NCBI GenBank assembly: GCA_023429825.1
Contig: JAEZDC010000035.1
Location: forward strand, 3,003-67,002
Direction: 5' to 3'
Source of the DNA: Bacteroidota bacterium
Lineage (GTDB): Bacteria > Bacteroidota > Bacteroidia > Chitinophagales > Chitinophagaceae
Length of the DNA: 64,000 bases
In this document: piece after piece, positions 46,610 to 54,037 of the stretch
How the letters are laid out: every line of letters starts with the position of its first letter
Numbering within the stretch: the first letter of the stretch is position 1
Translations under genes and position numbers: made by a program
The notes under the pieces: model-generated
Databases searched by the model: none
What the model was told of the DNA's origin: nothing
The model's input: only the letters and a program-made list of their open reading frames with translations

Positions 46610-47179
46610 TTATTCTCCAATATTAAACTGTGCAAAGAACAACTTCTTCAATCTCATCAGGCACTTATACTTCTGGTTCTTTGCGTTATCAGCATTGGTG
46701 TACTTAAACTCTTTTGCTATCTGCTGCATATCTTTTTTCTGCAGGTAATACGCTTCCAAAAGACTTTTGCAGGGTTCGCCGAGGCTGTTTAAGGCTCTGT
46801 CCATGATGGCGTATTCTGCATTTTTCCGTTCATGCTCGTCAATATCCTCTTCTACAGCCACCGTTTCCTTCATCCCTTCTACCTGTGGTAAATATCTTCC
46901 TAACTGCTGTAATCTTTTGAGCCACAAACGCCTGCAGATAGAATAGATATAGGTCTGGATCTTACAGGTGAGCACAAATGATTCGCTTTGAGCTTTTTCG
47001 TACAGTGCTATCATGGCTTCCTGGAAGATGTCTTTCGCTTCATCTAAAGAGCCATTGTTATTGGTAATGAACACTAAAACAACGCTGAAGTTCTCTTTAT
47101 AGATCGTTTCTATGGCCTTACTGTCATTGTTTGCCAGCCCCTTCAGTAATAGTTGTTCGTTGATCTCAGCTTTCACCAA
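46610..47179 (-). CDS. ECF-type sigma-70 family RNA polymerase sigma factor
   Basis: 189 aa. It has region 2-like ..FQEAMIALYEK.. and a region 4 HTH ..DMQQIAKEFKYTNADNAKNQKYKCLMRLK. Confidence 0.82.
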   Translation of the reverse strand: MVKAEINEQLLLKGLANNDSKAIETIYKENFSVVLVFITNNNGSLDEAKDIFQEAMIALYEKAQSESFVLTCKIQTYIYSICRRLWLKRLQQLGRYLPQVEGMKETVAVEEDIDEHERKNAEYAIMDRALNSLGEPCKSLLEAYYLQKKDMQQIAKEFKYTNADNAKNQKYKCLMRLKKLFFAQFNIGE

Positions 47180-47321
47180 TCTGTTTTTAATACGGTCATG
47201 TAGAAAAAGTAACCCAAAGAACCGCTAAAAATCTTTTTTAAAAAAGTTCTGTTTCGCCGGGTTACCTTTTATAACCGTATGGTATTAACGTAAAATTCAC
47301 TCACAAAAACAACATTGTACA

Positions 47322-47513
47322 ATGAAAAAGTTATTTGCAATCTTAGCAGTTGCTGGTGTTATGGCAGCTTGCAACAGCGGTGATGATGCTGCTACAACTG
47401 ACACAACAACTACTACAGTTGACACAACTACAGTTCCAGCTACAGTTGATACATCTGCTGCTACTGTAGATACTTCAGCTGCAACTTCAGCTGATACAAC
47501 TACAACTAAGTAA
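47322..47513 (+). CDS. tiny Thr/Asp-rich lipoprotein (63 aa)
   Basis: It has MKKLFAILAVAGVMAAC (signal plus lipobox), then a low-complexity T/D/A tail with a duplicated ATVDTSA. Its own terminator follows. Confidence 0.55.
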   Translation: MKKLFAILAVAGVMAACNSGDDAATTDTTTTTVDTTTVPATVDTSAATVDTSAATSADTTTTK

Positions 47514-47592
47514 TTGATTGAAGCACTTCGAAAAGTAGCTTGCCATCGAAGTAGCTTATACAAATTTTTCATATGGCAAGCAATCGTTAGAG

Positions 47593-47621
47593 GCCGTTCC
47601 GTTTCCACGGAAGGGCTTTTT
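47593..47621 (+). terminator. terminator after the tiny lipoprotein gene
   Basis: gcc-g-ttccgt pairs with acggaa-g-ggc (one mismatch) across loop ttcc, followed by ttttt. Confidence 0.6.
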
Positions 47622-47660
47622 CTTTGAAATATGTTCGATAACCTTTATTTTCGATGTAGA

Positions 47661-47711
47661 ATGAAACATAACAGCAAATATTATTATTGGTATTATTTCA
47701 ACAGGAAATAG
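47661..47711 (+). CDS. aromatic-rich leader peptide MKHNSKYYYWYYFNRK* (26 aa if started at ATG 47631: MFDNLYFRCRMKHNSKYYYWYYFNRK*)
   Basis: My own codon-by-codon translation. Seven consecutive aromatic codons lie at 47679-47699 (tat tat tat tgg tat tat ttc). The stop tag is at 47709-47711. It lies between a terminator and the tyrA start. Confidence 0.6.
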   Translation: MKHNSKYYYWYYFNRK

Positions 47712-47752
47712 CCGGGGTAGTATTTGCATGAACCATAACCAATTACTTATAC

Positions 47753-47786
47753 AAGATCCCGGCAACCAGCCGGGATCTTTGTTTTA
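47753..47786 (+). terminator. attenuator terminator 11 nt upstream of the tyrA start
   Basis: A perfect 11-bp stem, aagatcccggc (47753-47763) with gccgggatctt (47769-47779), has a 5-nt loop and is followed by tgtttta. An alternative pairing joins gccggggt (47711-47718) to atcccggc (47756-47763). Confidence 0.7.
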
Positions 47787-47796
47787 ATACCTGATT

Positions 47797-48639
47797 ATGA
47801 CTGTAGGAATTATCGGTACGGGTATGATGGGTGGAAGCTTTGCCTGGCTCATTAGCGAAAAGCAACCCTCATGGAATATTATCGGCTTCGACCGTTCGGC
47901 TGAACATGCGCAAAAGGCGTTGGAAGTTGGGTTTATTGATGAAGCGCTTTCAATGGAAGAATTGATCAGAAGAAGTGACCTGGTGATCATTACCATACCG
48001 GTAAATCATATCGTGGGTTTACTGCCCATCATAATGAATAAGATCAATGAAAGGCAGGTGGTGATGGATATCGGTTCTACCAAAGAGGAGATCGTAAACG
48101 CGATAAAAGATCATCCTAAAAGAAAACGGTTTGTTGCAACGCACCCTATGTGGGGAACGGAATACAGCGGGCCGGAGAATGCAGTAAAGGGCGCTTTCAA
48201 AGGAAGAGTAGCTGTTATCTGTAACAGAGATGAAAGTGATGCGGATGCGATTGAACTTGTGGAGAGCCTGTATAATCTTGTACCGATGCAGAAAGTGTAT
48301 ATGGAAGCGCATGAACATGATATACATGCTGCGTATGTAAGCCACATCAGTCATATTGCTTCGTACGCTTTGGCATTAACTGTGTTGGAAAAGGAAAGAG
48401 AAGAAGATAAAATATTCCAGTTGGCAGGTGGCGGTTTTGAAAGCACGGTGCGTTTGGCGAAGAGTAATCCAGCCATGTGGGTGCCGATCTTTATGCAGAA
48501 TAAAGAAAACGTGTTGGATGTATTGAATGAGCATATATCGCAGTTGCGCAAATTCAAAGCATGTTTGGAGAAAGAAAATTTTGAATACCTGCAAGAATTG
48601 ATAGAAGGGGCAAATAAGATCAAACGGATCATTAAATGA
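47797..48639 (+). CDS. tyrA: prephenate dehydrogenase
   Basis: 280 aa. It has an NAD fold (VGIIGTGMMGGSFA) and ..HPMWGTEYSGP.. and ..HD...A.VSH.SH.. motifs. Confidence 0.87.
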   Translation: MTVGIIGTGMMGGSFAWLISEKQPSWNIIGFDRSAEHAQKALEVGFIDEALSMEELIRRSDLVIITIPVNHIVGLLPIIMNKINERQVVMDIGSTKEEIVNAIKDHPKRKRFVATHPMWGTEYSGPENAVKGAFKGRVAVICNRDESDADAIELVESLYNLVPMQKVYMEAHEHDIHAAYVSHISHIASYALALTVLEKEREEDKIFQLAGGGFESTVRLAKSNPAMWVPIFMQNKENVLDVLNEHISQLRKFKACLEKENFEYLQELIEGANKIKRIIK

Positions 48640-48656
48640 TGATAATAGTTCAGAAA

Positions 48657-48676
48657 GTACAAGTGAGTGACACAAC
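48657..48676 (-). repeat. REP-like intergenic element, copy 4 (reverse orientation)
   Basis: gtacaagtgagtgacacaac is the reverse complement of gttgtgtcactcacttgtac, identical to the core of copy 1. Confidence 0.7.
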
Positions 48677-48748
48677 AGGCGATGCTATGAAAGACTAAAG
48701 CCGGTCTCATTATAACATTCAAAAACCATATAAGGCAATGAATTAAAG

Positions 48749-48756
48749 TACATTTG
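48749..48756 (+). promoter_or_regulatory. Bacteroidota -7 promoter box (TAcaTTTG) for the DEAD-box helicase gene
   Basis: An exact TAnnTTTG match ends 17 nt upstream of ATG 48773. Confidence 0.4.
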
Positions 48757-48772
48757 CCGCAAATTAGAATTG

Positions 48773-50443
48773 ATGACAACATTCAGTGAAGTAGGGTTAG
48801 ATGAAAGATTAGTGAAAGCAACAGATGCTTTGGGATTTGTGAACCCGAGCCCGATACAGGAGAAAGCTATTCCTGTGCTTTTAAGCGGAACAAAAGATTT
48901 TGTGGGGCTTGCTCAAACCGGAACCGGTAAAACCGCAGCGTTCGGGTTGCCGTTATTGCAGTTAATGGATACGAAGCAACGTTTTCCGCAAGCATTGGTT
49001 ATATGTCCTACCAGAGAATTGTGCATGCAAATAGTAAACGATATTGAACAATTCAAAAAGTTCATACCGGGCATGCATGTAGTTGCTGTGTATGGTGGTG
49101 CATCTATCAGCACACAAGTTCGGGATATCAGGAAAGGGGTGCAGATAATCGTAGCTACTCCCGGACGCTTGATCGACCTTATTGAACGTAAAGCGATCAA
49201 CCTCGAAGAGATAAAGTATGTAGTGTTAGATGAAGCCGACGAAATGCTGAACATGGGCTTCCAGGAAGATATTGAATTTATTCTCCAAAATACACCGAAA
49301 AGGGAAGCCACCTGGCTATTCAGTGCAACGATGCCGCCTGAGATCAGGCGAGTGAGTAAACGGTACATGAAACAACCTTTCGAGGTGACCGTTGGAAAGG
49401 CAAATACAGGAAGTAAGAATATCGATCACCAGTATTATGTGATACAGGCGCAGCATCGCTATGAAGCATTGAAGCGATTGATCGATTTCAACCCCGGTAT
49501 CTACGGGATCATCTTTACCAGAACAAAGCTTGACGCACAAGATATTTCTGAAAAACTTACAAGGGAAGGATACGACATTGATGCATTGCATGGAGATCTA
49601 ACGCAGGGGCAAAGAGATAAAGTAATGAGCGCTTTTAGAGAAAGAACATTGCAATTGCTAATCGCAACAGATGTAGCAGCAAGAGGTATCGACGTAAAAG
49701 AAATCACCCATGTGATCAACTATGAATTGCCTGATGATGTTGAAGTGTATACGCATCGAAGTGGAAGAACAGGTCGTGCAGGAAGCACTGGTATATGTAT
49801 GAGTCTTGTGCATGCAAGAGAGACATATAAGCTGCGTACCATCGAGAAAATGGTGCAGCAGCCATTTCACAAACTGGAGATTCCCAGCGGTAAAGATGTT
49901 TGCCGTAAACAGTTCTTCTTTTTCATGGACAAACTGTTGCAAACAGATATCTCTCATGGTGACTACGAAACATATTTACCAATGCTGCAGGAGAAGTTCG
50001 CAGATGTAAGTAAAGAGGAAGTATTGCAAAGAGTAGCTGCGTTAGAGTTTGACAGGTTCCTGAAATATTATGAGAACTCTGGTGATTTGAATGTCAGAGA
50101 TCAAAAAAGAGATAAAAGAGATGCTTCGGGAAATAGCAGGGATCGTGATCGCAGTGAAAGAAGAGATGGGAGAGGAGATAATCGTCGTCAGTCGAATGGC
50201 AATTTCAGTCGTTTGTTTGTGAACCTTGGAACAAAAGATGGTTTTTATAAAGCGAGTTTCCTTCAGTTCATTTTGGATATGAGCGATCTTAAAAAAGATG
50301 TACTTGGAAGGATCGATATGAAAGAAATGAATAGCTGGATAGAGATCGATGCCAAAGCTGCAAAACAAATGATCAGATCACTTGATGGTAAAAATTTTAA
50401 GGGAAGGAAGATCAGGATGAATGATGCGGACAGCAGGAGGTAA
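48773..50443 (+). CDS. deaD: DEAD-box ATP-dependent RNA helicase (DeaD/CsdA-like, DbpA-type C-terminal RNA-binding domain)
   Basis: It has the motifs AQTGTGKT, PTRELC, DEAD, SAT and HRSGRTGRAG. It has a basic RD-rich linker and a C-terminal ..IDMKEMNSWIEID..LDGKNFKGRKI. Confidence 0.9.
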   Translation: MTTFSEVGLDERLVKATDALGFVNPSPIQEKAIPVLLSGTKDFVGLAQTGTGKTAAFGLPLLQLMDTKQRFPQALVICPTRELCMQIVNDIEQFKKFIPGMHVVAVYGGASISTQVRDIRKGVQIIVATPGRLIDLIERKAINLEEIKYVVLDEADEMLNMGFQEDIEFILQNTPKREATWLFSATMPPEIRRVSKRYMKQPFEVTVGKANTGSKNIDHQYYVIQAQHRYEALKRLIDFNPGIYGIIFTRTKLDAQDISEKLTREGYDIDALHGDLTQGQRDKVMSAFRERTLQLLIATDVAARGIDVKEITHVINYELPDDVEVYTHRSGRTGRAGSTGICMSLVHARETYKLRTIEKMVQQPFHKLEIPSGKDVCRKQFFFFMDKLLQTDISHGDYETYLPMLQEKFADVSKEEVLQRVAALEFDRFLKYYENSGDLNVRDQKRDKRDASGNSRDRDRSERRDGRGDNRRQSNGNFSRLFVNLGTKDGFYKASFLQFILDMSDLKKDVLGRIDMKEMNSWIEIDAKAAKQMIRSLDGKNFKGRKIRMNDADSRR

Positions 50444-50474
50444 TTAGCGAATTAGCAAATGAGACAATTAGCAA

Positions 50475-51560
50475 ATGGAGGCAACATCAACACAACAGGA
50501 AAAATTGACTACAGTTTGGAATAAACGACCGCTCATAATCAGCGGGCCGTGTTCAGCTGAAACAGAAGAACAGGTTTTAGAAACAGCGCTGCGGTTGAAA
50601 GGCACTGGTAGGGTGGACATGCTCAGAGCCGGGATATGGAAACCCAGGACCCGCCCCGGAAGTTTCGAAGGAGTAGGAGCGAAGGGTTTGAACTGGTTAA
50701 TGAGTGCAAAAAAGCAAACTGGCTTACCTACAACCGTTGAAGTGGCTACAGGCAAGCAGGTAGAAGATGCATTACATTTTGATGTAGATGTATTATGGAT
50801 CGGGGCTCGAACTACAGTGAATCCTTTTAGTGTGCAGGAAGTTGCCGATGCATTAAGAGGTGTAAATGTGCCGGTGCTTATCAAAAACCCCATCAACCCC
50901 GATCTTGAATTGTGGACGGGTGCTGTAGAACGTGTTGCAAAAGCGGGTATCGAAAACATTGGGCTTATCCATCGTGGCTTTAGTTCATATGGTAACACAG
51001 AATATCGCAATGCACCCATGTGGCACCTGGCGATTGAGATGAAAAGAAGAAACCCGGGTATGATGCTGATCTGTGATCCTTCACATATCAGTGGCAGAAG
51101 AGATATATTATTAGATGTTTCGCAAAAGAGCATCGATCTTGATTATGATGGATTGATGATCGAATCACATATTGATCCGGACAATGCATGGAGTGATGCG
51201 AAGCAACAGATCACTCCTGAAACATTAGCAAAACTATTAGATCAAATCCAGTGGAGAGTAGAGACCATAGATGAGAAAGCATTCGTGGTGGCGCTGGAAC
51301 GACTGAGAGACCAGATCAATCATGTAGATGATGAGTTATTGCAACTGCTTGGTCAACGAATGAAAATTGCTGACAAAATCGGAGAATATAAAAAAGCGAA
51401 CAGCATCACCATTTTGCAAACGAGTCGCTGGAATGAGATATTAGAAAGAGCAATGGCAAAGGGAGAGAAGTTGGGCTTAAGTAAAGAATTCATTGTAAAA
51501 TATTTTGATGCCGTGCATATGGAAAGCATCAATCATCAGAATAAAATAATGAATAGTTAG
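50475..51560 (+). CDS. bifunctional 3-deoxy-7-phosphoheptulonate (DAHP) synthase / chorismate mutase
   Basis: 361 aa. It has a type I-beta DAHPS core (..ISGPCSAE..GIWKPRT..CDPSHI..) and a C-terminal AroQ chorismate mutase (LERLRDQINHVDDELLQLLGQRMKIADKIGEYKK). Confidence 0.87.
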   Translation: MEATSTQQEKLTTVWNKRPLIISGPCSAETEEQVLETALRLKGTGRVDMLRAGIWKPRTRPGSFEGVGAKGLNWLMSAKKQTGLPTTVEVATGKQVEDALHFDVDVLWIGARTTVNPFSVQEVADALRGVNVPVLIKNPINPDLELWTGAVERVAKAGIENIGLIHRGFSSYGNTEYRNAPMWHLAIEMKRRNPGMMLICDPSHISGRRDILLDVSQKSIDLDYDGLMIESHIDPDNAWSDAKQQITPETLAKLLDQIQWRVETIDEKAFVVALERLRDQINHVDDELLQLLGQRMKIADKIGEYKKANSITILQTSRWNEILERAMAKGEKLGLSKEFIVKYFDAVHMESINHQNKIMNS

Positions 51561-51589
51561 CCTGGCTTTCGGTGCATATGGCATCGTCT

Positions 51590-51609
51590 GTTGCGTCGCA
51601 CACTTGTAC
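51590..51609 (+). repeat. REP-like intergenic element, copy 5
   Basis: gttgcgtcgcacacttgtac lies between the DAHPS-CM stop and the aroB ATG. Confidence 0.7.
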
Positions 51610-51628
51610 GTTCAGAACAATATTGAGC

Positions 51629-52651
51629 ATGACCAAACTAACATACAAATTTTCAACTGCATCAACTGACTTCTACTTCAACAGTAGTTTCTCACTACTG
51701 AAAAAGCGTATCGATCAAAAGAATACAGTTCTTGTTACAGATGAAAATGTTTTCAATGCACACAAGTACAAATTCAAGAACTGGAATACCATAATTCTCA
51801 AACCAGGCGAGCAATATAAGATCCAGCAAACCGCAGATGCAGTTATCGATCAATTAATAGAATTTGAAGCAGACAGAAAAACGATGCTGGTTGGTATAGG
51901 TGGTGGTGTGATCACTGATATCACTGGTTATGTCGCTTCAATATACATGCGTGGAATTCAATTTGGTTTTGTACCAACTACATTATTAGCGATGGTGGAT
52001 GCCAGCATTGGCGGGAAGAATGGAATTGATGTAGGAGAATATAAGAATATGGTGGGCACTATCAAACAACCTTCATTCATCTTACACGATCATAGTTTGC
52101 TTTCATCATTACCGGTTCGGGAATGGCAAAATGGATTTGCAGAGATCATTAAACATGCCTGCATAAAAGATGCGGCTATGTTCAAAGCGCTTGAAGTAAA
52201 TTCTATTAATCAGTATAGAAAGAAAAAACAGTTACAAGCTGAGCTTGTGAAACAAAATGCGTTGATCAAATTAAAAACAGTTCAGAAGGATGAGTTTGAA
52301 CAAGGTGAGAGAAAGCTGTTGAATTTTGGTCATTCGCTTGGGCATGCATTGGAAACACAATATGAGCTTTCGCATGGACAGGCGATCAGTATTGGAATGA
52401 CCTATGCTGCTGAAATATCAGCTAAACTTTTAAACTTTAGAGATACAGAAAGACTTACTTCCATTCTCGAACAATATGGACTTCCAACCTACGCGTCATT
52501 CAATGCGAGGAAAGTATTTGATGTGTTGAAGATGGATAAGAAAAGAGAGAAAAAAGACATCAATTATATTTTGCTGGACAAGATCGGTAAGGCGAAGATC
52601 CAATCAATTCCTTTGAAGCAATTGCAACAATTAATAGGAGGTTTGCAATGA
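51629..52651 (+). CDS. aroB: 3-dehydroquinate synthase
   Basis: I prefer the start at ATG 51629 (MTKLTYKF); upstream ORF codons cover the REP-like element. It has the motifs GGGVITDITGY, ..DASIGGKNG.. and ..NFGHSLGHALE. Confidence 0.87.
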   Translation: MTKLTYKFSTASTDFYFNSSFSLLKKRIDQKNTVLVTDENVFNAHKYKFKNWNTIILKPGEQYKIQQTADAVIDQLIEFEADRKTMLVGIGGGVITDITGYVASIYMRGIQFGFVPTTLLAMVDASIGGKNGIDVGEYKNMVGTIKQPSFILHDHSLLSSLPVREWQNGFAEIIKHACIKDAAMFKALEVNSINQYRKKKQLQAELVKQNALIKLKTVQKDEFEQGERKLLNFGHSLGHALETQYELSHGQAISIGMTYAAEISAKLLNFRDTERLTSILEQYGLPTYASFNARKVFDVLKMDKKREKKDINYILLDKIGKAKIQSIPLKQLQQLIGGLQ

Positions 52652-53988
52652 TCGTGTTGGTGCAACCTTCAATAATTTCAGGGGCACTTCATGCACCGGC
52701 ATCTAAGAGTGCAATGCAACGAGTTTGCGCTGCAGCAGTGATACGAAAAGGACAAACGATCATTCATAATCCCGGCAATTCTAATGATGATAAAGCAGCA
52801 TTGAATGTTATTCAACAGCTGGGAGCAAATGTGGACGAAGTAAGTGGAAAGCTGATAGTGAGTAGTAAAGGCGTATATCCAATTTCAAACACCCTGCATT
52901 GTGGTGAAAGTGGATTAGGCATAAGAATGTTCACACCACTTGCAGCATTAAGCAATAGAGAAATCGCAATTCGCGGTGAAGGCAGCCTCGTTACTCGTCC
53001 AATGAATTTCTTTGATGAGGTGCTGCCTAAACTTGGTGTGTTTATGAGATCAAATGGAGGTAAGCTGCCGCTAATTATCAAAGGGCCATTGCAACCAAGG
53101 ACCATCACTGTTGACGGATCATTGAGTTCTCAGTTTCTTACGGGATTGCTGATGGCTTTTTCTGCTGCCAATGCTTCAGATGTGTCTATTCATGTAACTG
53201 ATCTTAAGAGCAAACCATACATTGACCTCACATTACAGGTGATCAAAGATCTCGGAATGAAATTACCGCAGAATAAAAATTATAGTGAGTTCTATTTTGA
53301 CAATTCTGCTATTCATTCATTTTCAACTATCGACTACACTGTTGAAGGTGATTGGAGTGGGGGTGCTTTTCTTTTAGTAGCAGGTGCTATCGCAGGAAAT
53401 GTTACTGTAAAATGTTTATTAAACATATCAAGACAGGCAGATAAAAGAATAGTGGATGCATTGCTGGATGCAGGTGTAGATGTTACTGTGCGGGAGGATC
53501 AGGTTGAAGTGAAACGAAAAGATCTGCAATCGTTTGAGTTCGATGCAACAGATTGTCCCGACTTGTTTCCACCATTAGTAGCACTAGCAGCTAACTGCAA
53601 AGGCATATCCAGACTAAGAGGTTTAAGAAGATTGAAGCACAAAGAAAGTGACAGGGGAGTAACGCTGCAGGAAGAATTCAATAAACTGAGTACACGCATT
53701 GATCTGGATGGAGATGAAATGATCGTCTACGGCAATGAAAAGATATTCGTCAAGAATCATACACTCAATTCTCATCACGATCACAGAATAGCGATGGCGT
53801 GTGCAGTAGCGTGTTTAAATGCAGATTTTGAAGTGGAGATAAGGAATGCCGATGCAGTAAAAAAATCCTACCCTGATTTCTGGGATCATTTGAAGCAATT
53901 AAAAGCTGGTATATCTTTAAAGCCATTTACTAATGATAGTACATATGACCTCACCCCTAACCCCTCTCCGAAGAAGAGAGGAAGGTAG
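52648..53988 (+). CDS. aroA: 3-phosphoshikimate 1-carboxyvinyltransferase (EPSP synthase) with repeat-derived C-terminal tail
   Basis: An ATGA overlap joins it to aroB. It has ..PASKSAMQR.., ..LHCGESGLGIRMF.. and ..KESDR.. motifs. The last 14 codons (DLTPNPSPKKRGR*) are encoded by the solo repeat copy. Confidence 0.9.
   Translation: MIVLVQPSIISGALHAPASKSAMQRVCAAAVIRKGQTIIHNPGNSNDDKAALNVIQQLGANVDEVSGKLIVSSKGVYPISNTLHCGESGLGIRMFTPLAALSNREIAIRGEGSLVTRPMNFFDEVLPKLGVFMRSNGGKLPLIIKGPLQPRTITVDGSLSSQFLTGLLMAFSAANASDVSIHVTDLKSKPYIDLTLQVIKDLGMKLPQNKNYSEFYFDNSAIHSFSTIDYTVEGDWSGGAFLLVAGAIAGNVTVKCLLNISRQADKRIVDALLDAGVDVTVREDQVEVKRKDLQSFEFDATDCPDLFPPLVALAANCKGISRLRGLRRLKHKESDRGVTLQEEFNKLSTRIDLDGDEMIVYGNEKIFVKNHTLNSHHDHRIAMACAVACLNADFEVEIRNADAVKKSYPDFWDHLKQLKAGISLKPFTNDSTYDLTPNPSPKKRGR
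53947..53988 (+). repeat. solo copy of the DUF559-cassette terminal repeat
   Basis: gaCCTCACCCCTAACCCCTCTCCGAAGaAGAGaGG.. matches 54473-54513 almost base for base. It contains the aroA stop codon (tag, 53986-53988). Confidence 0.75.
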
Positions 53989-54037
53989 AAACGAGAGGCG
54001 GTGTTATTAAAAAGATTTAACCATATAATTTTTACAA

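Noticed and set aside
47556-47765. 69-aa minus-strand ORF covering the proposed leader-peptide region
   Set aside because: It runs antisense through two terminator hairpins and the A/T-rich leader and has no supporting features. The plus-strand mini-ORF plus terminator explains the region better.
50468-51133. 221-aa minus-strand ORF. Other long antisense ORFs include 48351-48782, 38689-39063, 49658-49957 and 42325-42657.
   Set aside because: Each is entirely antisense to a strongly supported conserved gene (DAHPS-CM, tyrA, fbp, deaD, NUDIX). They have Ser/Cys/Leu-rich low-information composition and no recognisable motifs.
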